This document shows positions 9,818-19,572 of a stretch of DNA of 64,000 nt, piece after piece. The DNA is from an uncultured delta proteobacterium. Its GTDB lineage: Bacteria > Desulfobacterota > Syntrophia > Syntrophales > UBA5619. The position numbers and the translations under genes are program-made. The first letter of the stretch is position 1, and each line of letters begins with the position of its first letter. The notes below the pieces were generated by a model. The model was given only the letters and a program-made list of their open reading frames with translations. It searched no databases and had not been told where the DNA came from. The stretch spans positions 128,001 through 192,000 of the forward strand of contig CAWFOM010000008.1 in assembly GCA_963817385.1 (NCBI GenBank). Reading direction: 5' to 3'.

Positions 9818-9853
9818 GGAGAATTTATTGGAGAATTTATTGGAGAATTTATT
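9818..9853. repeat. perfect tandem repeat (GGAGAATTTATT)x3
   Basis: Units at 9818, 9830 and 9842, read directly. Confidence 0.95.
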
Positions 9854-10016
9854 GCAACCTGCTGCATCAGGGAAAAAGCAATTCCACTGCAAAGGACTAC
9901 GCTAAAATCCTTCCTGCAAAAACCATTGCCGGATGTCCGCTCTCTGGAGTATAGGTCGGCAAGCGCGATTTCCGCCGCCCTTTGCCCGGCGGCGCGTCAG
10001 TTCGGGAGGTTAACGC

Positions 10017-10760
10017 ATGAAGGTCATCTTTCTGGGGACGAACGGCTGGTACGATACGGAGACGGGAAACACGGTTTGCACACTCGTGCAGACGAAAGAC
10101 TACGACATCATTTTCGACGCCGGAAACGGCATCCACCGGGCGGACCGGTACATCGACGGAGGGAAGCCCGCTTTTCTCTTCCTCGGCCACTTCCACGTCG
10201 ACCACATCGAAGGGCTCCACATCCTGGCGAAGTTCCGGTTTCCAAAAGGGCTCGTCATCTGCGGCCCCGCGGGGAGCCGCGAAATCCTGGGGACATTTCT
10301 GAACGCCCCCTTCACGATCCCCCTCTCGCTGCTCCCCTATCCGGTCCGTATCCTGGAAATGCCGGAGGAGACCGCCACCCTCCCCTTCCCCGTGGAGGCC
10401 CTGCCGCTCCGCCACGCCTCGCTCACCATGGGCTACCGGATTGAAATCGACGGCAGGACGATCGCCTACTGCTCGGACACGGGCTACTGCGAAAACGCCG
10501 TGACCCTGGGCCGGTCGGCCGATCTGCTGATCACGGAGTGCGCCTACAAGAAGGGCCAGTTCCTGGAGGAGTGGCCGCATCTCAATCCGGAGACGGCAGC
10601 CCGGATCGCCCGCGAGGCGGGCGCGAAACGGCTGGCCCTCACCCACTTCGATGCGGAGGTGTATCGGAGTCTTCCCGAACGGAAAGAATCGGAGGCCCTC
10701 GCCGCCGGGCTCTTCGCCGCGACGACGGCCGGGACGGACGGCCTGGAGATCGTCGTTTAG
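10017..10760 (+). CDS. MBL-fold metallo-hydrolase, RNase Z-like
   Basis: FLGTNG, DAG.G, GHFHVDHIEG, SDTG, ITEC, LTHF motifs. Confidence 0.85.
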   Translation: MKVIFLGTNGWYDTETGNTVCTLVQTKDYDIIFDAGNGIHRADRYIDGGKPAFLFLGHFHVDHIEGLHILAKFRFPKGLVICGPAGSREILGTFLNAPFTIPLSLLPYPVRILEMPEETATLPFPVEALPLRHASLTMGYRIEIDGRTIAYCSDTGYCENAVTLGRSADLLITECAYKKGQFLEEWPHLNPETAARIAREAGAKRLALTHFDAEVYRSLPERKESEALAAGLFAATTAGTDGLEIVV

Positions 10761-11683
10761 TCGAGCATGTCCCGGAGCATCGGGATCATCAGGTCCATCG
10801 CCCGCTTCCCCTCTTCGATCGACTCCTCCGCCCGGTTGAATTCCATGAGCCCGATGTGGGCGAGCTTCGGCTTGACGAGGATGTCCGGCGGATCCGCGAG
10901 GAGCCGCTGGCGGGTGATGGCATCCTGCATGATCTTCACGGAGGTCGCCATCACATCGAAGAGCGACGGCCCGCGGTCCGGCTGCTCCTGGAAGAGTTGC
11001 CGAAAGAGGGTGAGGTTCCCCTTCTGCGCCGTCTGGTCGAGAAACGCCGCCCAGCGGCCCTTGGCCTGTGGTGAAACCCCGTTCCGGCCGTTGGCCGGGG
11101 GATCGGCTATCCGGCGGACCCGATGTTTTCCCATGATGTCGGAATTCAGGTTGACGGCGATGACGATGTCGGCGCCCATCGACCGGCAGGGAGAGACGGG
11201 CACGGGATTAACCAGCCCGCCGTCCACCAGCCACTGGCCGTTCCGCCCGGAGGGGGTGAAAATGCCGGGAAGCGATATGCTTGCCCGGACGGCGTCGATG
11301 AGCGACCCCTCGCGGAGCCAGACCTCCTTGCCGGTCTTGAGATCGGTCGCCACTGCGACAAACGGGATCGGCAGGTTCTCGATCATCGGATCGGAGAGCA
11401 CTCCCCGCAGATATCCGCTGATCTTCTCGCCTTCGACGAGCCCCGAGCGGGGGATCATCACGTCCATGAACCCGATGATGTGCGACCAGGAAAGCTTGCG
11501 CACCCACCGATCCAGCGGATCGAGGAATCCGGCCGCGAGAGAACCGGCGACCAGCGCACCGATGGAGGCGCCGCAGGCGATATCGATCGGAATCCCCGCC
11601 TCCTGCAGGCTCCGGATCACCCCGATATGAGACCAGCCCCGGGCAGAGCCGCTGCCCAACGCGATGCCGACTTTTTTCGCCAT
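10757..11683 (-). CDS. patatin-like phospholipase (RssA-like)
   Basis: LGSGSARGWSHIG, GASIG, DGG motifs. Confidence 0.9.
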   Translation of the reverse strand: MAKKVGIALGSGSARGWSHIGVIRSLQEAGIPIDIACGASIGALVAGSLAAGFLDPLDRWVRKLSWSHIIGFMDVMIPRSGLVEGEKISGYLRGVLSDPMIENLPIPFVAVATDLKTGKEVWLREGSLIDAVRASISLPGIFTPSGRNGQWLVDGGLVNPVPVSPCRSMGADIVIAVNLNSDIMGKHRVRRIADPPANGRNGVSPQAKGRWAAFLDQTAQKGNLTLFRQLFQEQPDRGPSLFDVMATSVKIMQDAITRQRLLADPPDILVKPKLAHIGLMEFNRAEESIEEGKRAMDLMIPMLRDMLD

Positions 11684-11809
11684 GCCGCCCTTTCTTTCCT
11701 CAGAAAAATTTTCCTCCCCTTATCACATTTTGCCGGTTATGTCAGGACGATCGGTCAAACTTCTGTGCCGCCACCGAAATTTTTCCGGTGACCTCATTTA
11801 AAATCCGAA

Positions 11810-12674
11810 TCACCTTCCCCTGAGGCCCATGACGGCCGTGCAGACATATATCGCCGGAAGCCACCAGGACGATCGTCGCTCCTGAAGCCGTGCCCAGGTA
11901 GTAGGATGCGATGATGCCCGTAATCCCCGAAAAGAGACTGATACAGATCGAGACGGCGGTATAGTCGGATACGCAGCGGGTGACGTTGCGGGCGGCGGCC
12001 GCGGGCAGAACGAGGAGGGCGCCGATGATGAGAATCCCCACCATCTGAATCGACAGCGTGACCAGGATGGCCAAAAGAAGTGAAAAAGAAATGTCCATGA
12101 GGAAGGGGGAAACACCCCGGCTTTTCGCGAGGCTGGAATTCATGCCCACCAGGACCAGACGGTTTCCGAAAAAAAACCAGAATCCCGCCATGATGACAAA
12201 AAAGGCGGCGAGGATGAGGATATGATCGGGCGTCACCGCCAGGATGTCGCCGATCAGATACGACGTGAACTTGTTGAATCCCCCGTTTCGGCTCAGGATG
12301 ACAATCCCGAAGGAAATCGTTGCGGAAAAAAGGACCCCCAGGATGGTATCGGATGACGTGGCCGTCCAGAGCTTCATGAAATTATAGATCAGGGCCAAAA
12401 GAGCGGCAAACCCGATCATCGCCCACAGCGGTTCCGCCATGCCCGCCAGGACGCCGATGGCGATGCCGGTCAGGGCCGAGTGCCCCAGAACGTCGGAAAA
12501 AAAGGCCATGCGGTTATTGATGACCATGGTCCCCACGAGGGCGAAGAGAGGCGAAACGATGATGATCCCCAGAAGCGCCGTCCGCATGAACTCATACTCC
12601 GTCCAGGCGAAGGGCAGAGCGGCGATGCCCTGATGCCATGCGGTCATGATTGCTTGAAAAAAATGCGTCATCAT
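11810..12674 (-). CDS. metal ABC transporter permease (ZnuB-like), frameshift near 11855
   Basis: RMAFFSDVLGHSALTG, LIGDILAV, LVLPAAAA; removing one base gives ...ASAIYVCTAVMGLRGR stop at 11810. Confidence 0.88.
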
Positions 12675-13441
12675 GCCCCTTCCCCCGCGGGCGACGCCGG
12701 GCTGCCTGGCCGCCCCGGAAAGGTTTCCCTGATCTGCCGCGACACGAGAATATCATCCGGCCTCCCCTCGGCCACGACGCTGCGGTTCAGGAGCAGCACC
12801 CGGTTGGCGTGGGGCGCGATCCCGAGCAGGTCGTGCGTCACGATGAGGATCGCGACATCGAGGGTGTCGCGGAGTTTTCCAACGATGTCCAGGAAGAGCT
12901 CCGTGCCCGCGGCGTCTATTCCCGACACGGGTTCATCCAAAAGGAGGATATCGGGTTCCGACGTGAGGGCAAGACACAAAAGAACCCGCTGCAACTCCCC
13001 CCCGGAGAGATCGCCGATCCGTTTGTCGATGAGGTGGGCGGCGGAGACTGCGCCGAGAATTTCCTTGATGAGACTCCTGTCCTTTCCGGAAATACCGAGC
13101 CAGACGGGACGGCTGCTGACGGCACAGGCCAGAAAGTCGGCGACGCAGACGGGAGCTCCCCGGTCAAAATCGAGGGTCTGCGGGACATAGCCGATGCGGG
13201 GACGCTCCTGCCTTTCACCCCGGATCTGCCAGATGATGCGGCCGGAGTAGGGAACGACGCCGAGCATGGCCTTGAGCAGTGTGGTTTTCCCGGCGCCGTT
13301 CGGTCCGACAATCGCGAGGATCTCACGGCAATTGACGTGCAGATTTACGTCGTCCAGAATGAGCTGCTTTCCCAGGGAAACGCTCATGTTCTCGATCTTG
13401 ATGCAGCAATGGCCGCAGGCATTTGGTTCGGTGGGTTTCAT
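12671..13441 (-). CDS. metal ABC transporter ATP-binding protein (ZnuC-like)
   Basis: GPNGAGKT, LSGGELQRV, LLLDEP. Confidence 0.92.
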   Translation of the reverse strand: MKPTEPNACGHCCIKIENMSVSLGKQLILDDVNLHVNCREILAIVGPNGAGKTTLLKAMLGVVPYSGRIIWQIRGERQERPRIGYVPQTLDFDRGAPVCVADFLACAVSSRPVWLGISGKDRSLIKEILGAVSAAHLIDKRIGDLSGGELQRVLLCLALTSEPDILLLDEPVSGIDAAGTELFLDIVGKLRDTLDVAILIVTHDLLGIAPHANRVLLLNRSVVAEGRPDDILVSRQIRETFPGRPGSPASPAGEGA

Positions 13442-13447
13442 TCGTCC

Positions 13448-14322
13448 CTATTTCAGTGCAACCTTCAAGGTCGCAAGGTTTTTCCTCATGGTGTCGATGT
13501 ACGCATCCGGCGTCGCCGGCCCGGTCACGGCGGGATCCAGCAGGTACAAACGCACCCCCGTCTCCCGGGCGATCGTTTCGGCGGCCGCGGCGGGGTACTG
13601 GGGTTCGCTGAAGAGGGCCTTGACGCGGAGTTTTTTGATGATCCCGATGGTATCGGCGAGCTCCCTGGCGCTGGGGGCGCTGCCCGGCTCACGTTCGATG
13701 ACGCCCACGATCTTCAGACCGAACTCCTCGGCGAAATAGGAAAAGGCTTCATGGAATGTCACGATCGGCGTTCCGCGGTATGCGTCCAGGCCGTCGTGCA
13801 TCTCCCTGCGGAGCGCTTCCAGGCGGGCGATGTACTCCCGGCTGTTCTTTTCGTATTGAGGGGCATTGCCGGGATCGACTCGCGACATGAATTGGGAGAG
13901 ATTCTTCACCTGGGTGATCGCGTGCCCGACGCTGACCCAGACATGGGGATTCGGGCCCCCCCCGCGCCTTGGATGAGCGGAATCCCCCGGGCGAGCTCGA
14001 CGATCCTGATACGCGGGTATTTCTTGGATATCCTGACCAGGTAAGACTCCATGTCGGCGCCGTTGGCGATCAGGATGTCCGCCTTTTCGAGCTTGCGCAT
14101 GTCGTCCGGGGTGAGGGCGTAATCGTGAAGGCAGCCCACCGTCGGGGGGGCGAGATTCGCAAGGGCGATGCCTTTGACATCTTTCAGGACATTCATCGCC
14201 ATGATGTGCATGGGATAGAACGATGTCAGGACGCGGATTTCACGCGGCTTCGCTGCCGCGGCCGATGCCCCTCCCGGGGAAAACAGAATAACCAAAACCA
14301 GAAGGGCAAACAGATACCCCAT
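13448..14322 (-). CDS. metal ABC transporter substrate-binding protein (ZnuA-like), frameshift near 13958
   Basis: CLHDYALTP; shifting the frame in a G-run restores PNPHVWVS; FHEAFSYF. Confidence 0.88.
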
Positions 14323-14351
14323 GAACTTCTTCTTTTTGACATAAACTTATC

Positions 14352-14747
14352 CTATAGCAGATTCAATGCCCCGCACATCCCGCACACAGGCCGTGCAAGG
14401 GTGACCTCATGCCCCTCCATCAGGAAATTATCCGGCACCATCCCCATAAACAGCTCTTTGCCAAGACATCCGGTGATGTCAAAGACGGTCCTGCATTTCT
14501 GGCACAAAAAGTGATGATGATGCCCTCGATCAACGAGCTCATAGCGGGGAGGACCATCCTGGATCAAGACGGAAATGATCTCATGAGCTTCCGCAAGAGC
14601 CCGGAGGGCGCGGTAGACCGTGGCCACGCCCAGGCGCCGCCCAAGACCCTCCGCTATCCTGAGGATATCGGCAGGAAGCAGCGGCCGGGTGCTGTTGCGG
14701 AGAATCTCATGAACGATCTCCTGCTGGATTGCCCTTCGTTTGCGCAT
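14352..14747 (-). CDS. Fur-family regulator (Zur-like by context)
   Basis: LGVATVYRAL, HHHHFLCQKC, C-terminal CxxC; heads the metal ABC operon. Confidence 0.88.
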   Translation of the reverse strand: MRKRRAIQQEIVHEILRNSTRPLLPADILRIAEGLGRRLGVATVYRALRALAEAHEIISVLIQDGPPRYELVDRGHHHHFLCQKCRTVFDITGCLGKELFMGMVPDNFLMEGHEVTLARPVCGMCGALNLL

Positions 14748-14774
14748 GATCCCTCTCTTTTTATGATACGATAT

Positions 14775-14812
14775 ATGATAATTGATTATCATTAACCGAT
14801 CAGCCCTGTCAA
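14775..14812 (-). promoter_or_regulatory. promoter with overlapping Fur-box-like palindrome
   Basis: TTGACA at 14812-14807; ATGATAAT-TG-ATTATCAT palindrome at 14775-14792 covering the -10 region. Confidence 0.7.
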
Positions 14813-14981
14813 GACGATAAAAGTGCGGTAATACCTCGCACCTGATTCTCCCTCACCGGACAAGATCCTTGACTTTGTATGCATTTTTTGTTGAGATGAC
14901 GGCGCTTCATGCTCATGCAGAAGCGATACCGGAATCACTCCTCATACGAATCTCGGCGGCCCACAGGAGCAACCGTTCGGA

Positions 14982-15890
14982 ATGATAAAATTGTTGATTT
15001 TCCTCCGCAACCGCAACTGGATCTTTCTGCTCGCCCTGACCGCCGGTCTGTTTCTCCCGCAGGCCGTTCCGGTCACCCGGCACCTTGTTCTCCCGGCCCT
15101 TGCCCTGGCGATGGCCCTCTCCACGATGGGAATCGAAAACGCAATCTTCCGCCGTCCGCGCTCCCTTGTCTTTCCCGCCCTGCTCGGGGTCATCATGAGC
15201 TATATTATCCTGGGCAACATCATCATCGGCCTTGCCGCCCTCATGATCCACGATGAGATGATCTGGATCGGTTTCGTCCTGCTGGCGGCGGCGCCGCCTG
15301 CCGTCGCCGTGATCCCCTTTTCCGTGTTCCTGCGCGGCAACGGACCGTTGTCCCTGATCGGCACGGTGGGGGCGTATCTGGGCGCCCTGGCGATCATGCC
15401 GCTCATGGCCTTCGGGCTCCTCCGTTCCCTGATGTTTGATCCGTTCAAGCTCCTGATGATCACGCTTGAACTGATCATCCTTCCGCTCGCCGTCTCCCGC
15501 CTGCTTATCCAGAAAGGTTTGAAGGAGCGTATTGAACCGTACAGCGGCACCATCACGAACTGGAGTTTCTTTCTCGTTCTCTATACCCTGGTCGGCCTGA
15601 ACCGCGATATCATCCTCGGCCGGACGCTGACCCTCCTGCCGATCGCCTCGATCGCCGTCATCAGCATGTTCATTCTCGGGTTCCTCATCGACTGGGTCTT
15701 CGGCCTCTTTCACATTCCGAAGGAGACCCGGACCAGCCTCGTCCTCCTGGGCACCCTCAAGAATCAGGGGATGGCGGGCGGCTTTGCCCTGACGCTCTTC
15801 AGCCAGGAGACGGCCCTCCCCGCAGCGGTCTCCACCATGGTCATGATCGTCTACATCATTTGGCTTGATTTCAAAAGACGGTGGGATTGA
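14982..15890 (+). CDS. bile acid:sodium symporter-like membrane protein
   Basis: Multi-TM protein; GFVLLAAAPPA and KNQGMA motifs. Confidence 0.7.
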   Translation: MIKLLIFLRNRNWIFLLALTAGLFLPQAVPVTRHLVLPALALAMALSTMGIENAIFRRPRSLVFPALLGVIMSYIILGNIIIGLAALMIHDEMIWIGFVLLAAAPPAVAVIPFSVFLRGNGPLSLIGTVGAYLGALAIMPLMAFGLLRSLMFDPFKLLMITLELIILPLAVSRLLIQKGLKERIEPYSGTITNWSFFLVLYTLVGLNRDIILGRTLTLLPIASIAVISMFILGFLIDWVFGLFHIPKETRTSLVLLGTLKNQGMAGGFALTLFSQETALPAAVSTMVMIVYIIWLDFKRRWD

Positions 15891-15916
15891 ACAAATGGAA
15901 AAGGAGGGAACACGCT

Positions 15917-17548
15917 ATGATGGATTATCCGTTGTTGCTCAGAACGTTTCTTTTGCGGGCGGCAAACTATTTTCCGAAAAAGGAAGTCGTCTCCGTCTAT
16001 CCCAACAATGAAATCTTCCGCTACACCTATGCCGATTATTTCAAACGGACCTGCCAGCTCGCCCACGCCCTGGAGTCTCTAGGGATAAAACGGGGCGACC
16101 ATGTGGCCAGCATGGCGCTCAATACGCACCGGCATCTGGAGCTCTATTTCGGCGTCCCCTGCATGGGCGCGGCCCTCCACACGACGAACTTCCGCCTCCC
16201 GCTGCACCATCTGGTCTATATCATCAACCACGCCGAAGACAAGGTCCTGTTCGTCGACGAGGATCTGGTCTTCATCGCCGACGCGATCAAGGACCAGCTC
16301 ACGACCGTCAAGCACTATGTAATCCTCTCCCAGAGCGGCAAGATGCCGCAGACCGGTCTCAAGCCGGTCAGTCTGTACGACGATCTCATCGCCCCGTTCC
16401 CCGAGAGCTATGATTTCCCCGACGATCTGAGCGAAGGGGATCCGGCGATGATCTGCTACACCTCCGCCACGACGGGCGACCCCAAAGGCGTCGTCTATTC
16501 GCACCGGGGTCTTGTCCTGCACAGTTATGCGGCGGCCTGTACGCTCAGGGTCTCGGAAAGCGACTGCGCCCTGCATATCGTCCCGATGTTCCACGCCAAC
16601 GCCTGGGGCGGACCCTTCGGCTGCGTCGGTTTCGGCTGCAAGCAGGTCCTGCCGGGGCGGGAGACGATCAACATGGAGGCCATCTGCAAGGTGATCGCCG
16701 AAGAACGGGTGACCTTTACCGCCGGCGTCCCGACGATCTGGCTGATGCTCTACAATTACCTGGAAGGGGGAGGCAAACACGACTTCTCCTCGCTCAAGAC
16801 CATCGCCTCGGGCGGCTCGGCCTGTCCGCGTTTCCTTATGGAAGCCCTCAACGAGAAGTACGGTTTTCCCATCATGCAGGCCTACGGCATGACGGAAACA
16901 TCGCCGCTGGCGATGGTCGCCGCCCCCAAGAGCTCGATGGCCGACTGGCCGATAGAGAAACTCTATGACGTCAAATCCAGCGCCGGCATCCTGGCGCCGG
17001 GTCTGGAGATGAAGATCATCAACGAACAGGGACGGGAGGTCAAGCACGACGGCAAGGAGTGGGGCGAGATCCTGCTCAGGGGACCCTGGGTCGCCAATGA
17101 ATACTACAAGGATCCGGAACGGTCGAAGCCTGTTTTCGCGGGAGGATGGCTCCACACCGGCGATGTCGGGACGATCGACGAAGAGGGCTACGTCCGCCTG
17201 GTCGACCGGACGAAGGACCTCGTGAAGAGCGGCGGGGAGTGGATCTCCTCGGTGGATCTGGAGAACCTGATCATGGCCCATCCGGCCGTCGCCGAGGCCG
17301 CCGTGATCGGCGTCCCCCACAGCAAATGGGTGGAGCGCCCCCTGGGCTGCGTCGTCCTCCAGCCGGGAAAGACGGTAACGGAAGAGGCGCTCAAGGAGTT
17401 CCTCAAGGACAAGGTCAAGGCCGCCTGGTGGATCCCGGATCACTTCGCCTTCCTCGATCAGATCCCGAAAACCAGCGTAGGGAAGTTCAGCAAGAAAGAG
17501 CTCCGCGAGATGGTCGCGGGCGGCAAGATCCCGCTCCCGGCGGAATGA
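15917..17548 (+). CDS. fatty-acid--CoA ligase (AlkK-like)
   Basis: YTSATTGDPKG, YGMTET, WLHTGD, DRTKDLVKSGGEWI, PKTSVGK. Confidence 0.93.
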   Translation: MMDYPLLLRTFLLRAANYFPKKEVVSVYPNNEIFRYTYADYFKRTCQLAHALESLGIKRGDHVASMALNTHRHLELYFGVPCMGAALHTTNFRLPLHHLVYIINHAEDKVLFVDEDLVFIADAIKDQLTTVKHYVILSQSGKMPQTGLKPVSLYDDLIAPFPESYDFPDDLSEGDPAMICYTSATTGDPKGVVYSHRGLVLHSYAAACTLRVSESDCALHIVPMFHANAWGGPFGCVGFGCKQVLPGRETINMEAICKVIAEERVTFTAGVPTIWLMLYNYLEGGGKHDFSSLKTIASGGSACPRFLMEALNEKYGFPIMQAYGMTETSPLAMVAAPKSSMADWPIEKLYDVKSSAGILAPGLEMKIINEQGREVKHDGKEWGEILLRGPWVANEYYKDPERSKPVFAGGWLHTGDVGTIDEEGYVRLVDRTKDLVKSGGEWISSVDLENLIMAHPAVAEAAVIGVPHSKWVERPLGCVVLQPGKTVTEEALKEFLKDKVKAAWWIPDHFAFLDQIPKTSVGKFSKKELREMVAGGKIPLPAE

Positions 17549-17700
17549 CGCGATCGGATGGGCAAGCGGACGGTCGCCGCAACCGGTGAGGACGGCTTTT
17601 CGGACACGTTCGATTCGTCACCTGCCGTTTTTTGTGGAAAGGCCGCGGGATGAGTGGTAGAATACACCATAAACCTCTACCGAGAAAGGAGACAAGAGCG

Positions 17701-18292
17701 ATGATAACGTTACCTGAACTGCCCTTTGCCAAAGACGCCCTGGCCCCGGTGATCAGCGCCAACACCCTGGAGTTCCATTACGGCAAGCACCACAAGGCGT
17801 ATGTCGACAACCTGGGAAAATTGATCGCGGGAACCGATCTGGCCAATTCGGACCTGGAGACAATCATCAAAAAAGCAGCCGGCGATTCCGCCAAGACGGG
17901 GATCTTCAACAACGCCGCCCAGGTCTGGAACCACTCCTTCTACTGGAAATGCCTGAAGGCCGGGGGAGGCGGCGCGCCGACCGGCGCCGTCGCCGCGAAA
18001 ATCACCGCCGCCTGGGGGAGTTATCGAAAAATTCGCGGAGGAGCTGAAGAACGCCGGAGTGACCCAGTTCGGAAGCGGCTGGGCGTGGCTTGTCCTCGAG
18101 GGAGGAGCGCTGAAGATCGTCAAGACCGCAAACGCCGACACCCCCATCGTTCACGGCCAGAAACCGCTCCTCACCCTTGACGTCTGGGAGCACGCCTACT
18201 ATCTCGATTACCAGAACCGCCGGCCCGATTACCTGGCCGCGGTCATCGGCAAGTTGATCAACTGGGATTTCGTCAACGCAAACCTCGGCTGA
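17701..18292 (+). CDS. sodB: Fe superoxide dismutase, frameshift near 18024
   Basis: [36 protein letters not shown]; one extra base joins the two ORFs. Confidence 0.92.
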
Positions 18293-18301
18293 CCGATTCC
18301 A

Positions 18302-18329
18302 AGGGCGGAGGGCTTTCCCTTCGCCCTCC
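18302..18329 (+). terminator. hairpin after sodB
   Basis: AGGGCGGAGGG-cttt-CCCTTCGCCCT. Confidence 0.45.
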
Positions 18330-18418
18330 CGGTTGACGGCGCCGGCAGCCGTTCTTTTCACCGTGATGGGAAACCGGGGGACTCGCTCCATACTCCTTTT
18401 TCACAGAAAGGATCACTC

Positions 18419-18607
18419 ATGAAATGCAATGTCGGAAGAACGGATCGCATCATTCGCGTCATCATCGGCCTGGGTATCATCTGGGCGGGGTTCTACTACG
18501 AAAACTGGTGGGGGGCGATCGGCATCGTCTTCTTGGCCACCGCCGCCATGGGCCACTGCCCGACCTACATCCCCTTCAAGTTTTCCACCTGTGGGAAAAA
18601 TGATTGA
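18419..18607 (+). CDS. DUF2892/YgaP-like small membrane protein
   Basis: NVGRTDRIIR...GHCPTY pattern. Confidence 0.85.
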   Translation: MKCNVGRTDRIIRVIIGLGIIWAGFYYENWWGAIGIVFLATAAMGHCPTYIPFKFSTCGKND

Positions 18608-18666
18608 CCCCTTCCCGCACGGGCGGGAAAATGTTTTTTGCGCGTGGTCGTGATTGGGTGCGCCGT

Positions 18667-19356
18667 ATGCATGCAGTTCCTGACGATTACAATCGGGGAC
18701 ACCGGAAGCGGCTGAAGGAGAAATTCACGGCATCGGGGACGGACGCCTTCCATGAGCACGAGGTCCTGGAACTTCTCCTGACCTATGCGATTCCCCAAAA
18801 AGACGTCAAGCCCCCGGCCAAGGAGCTCCTGAGGATATTCGGTTCCCTCAAGGGGGTCGTGGATGCGGAGATCGCCGATCTGGTGAAGACCAAGGGCATC
18901 GGCGAGCACTCCGCCATCCTGTTCAAACTGGTCAAGGAGATTGCCGCGCTCTATCTCAAGCAGAGGGCAAAGGAGAAGAGGCAGGTCACCTGCACGACCG
19001 AACTGATCGATTTCTGCCGGACGGTCATGGGCGGGAAGAGGGACGAAGAGTTCTGCGTGATCTACCTCGACGCCCAGAACCAGATCATCGAATTCGAAAC
19101 CATCCAGAAAGGCGTCGTCAACCAGGCTGTTGTCTACCCGCGGCAGGTCCTGGAAAGCGCCCTGAAGAAAAAGGCCTCAGCGATCATCCTCGCCCACAAC
19201 CACCCCTCGGGCCATGTGCGCCCCTCCGATGCCGATATCCGCCTTACGAAAACAATCCAGGAAACGGCGAAGATACTGGACATCCTCGTCCATGACCATA
19301 TCATCGTCGGCGAAAACCGCTTCTTCAGCTTCCGGGAAGAGGGGTTGATGCCCTGA
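18667..19356 (+). CDS. radC: RadC (JAB domain) protein
   Basis: GHRKRLK, HhH GIG, VYPR, HNHPSG..PSDAD, HDHII. Confidence 0.93.
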   Translation: MHAVPDDYNRGHRKRLKEKFTASGTDAFHEHEVLELLLTYAIPQKDVKPPAKELLRIFGSLKGVVDAEIADLVKTKGIGEHSAILFKLVKEIAALYLKQRAKEKRQVTCTTELIDFCRTVMGGKRDEEFCVIYLDAQNQIIEFETIQKGVVNQAVVYPRQVLESALKKKASAIILAHNHPSGHVRPSDADIRLTKTIQETAKILDILVHDHIIVGENRFFSFREEGLMP

Positions 19357-19497
19357 TCGAGGAGCGGCGCCGGACCGAAACGGGGGGGTTCGTTCCCCGC
19401 CCGATCATGGCGGTTGCCGACAGGATCATCATCGCCACAACCTGAGATCGTACCGACAGCGAACCGGATGTCCTCATCGACCTCCCGGAGATTGAGA

Positions 19498-19538
19498 CAA
19501 AGCGCAGAGAGGGGATTTTTCCGCCTGTCTGCGCTTTG
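19498..19538. terminator. hairpin between convergent radC and MCP genes
   Basis: CAAAGCGCAGA...TCTGCGCTTTG, 11-bp stem. Confidence 0.5.
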
Positions 19539-19572
19539 CCTTAGTGCGTTTTAGAGTAACGGTGAGCGTCGG

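Noticed and set aside
9818..9853. CRISPR array
   Set aside because: Contiguous 12-bp units without spacers, and no cas genes in the window
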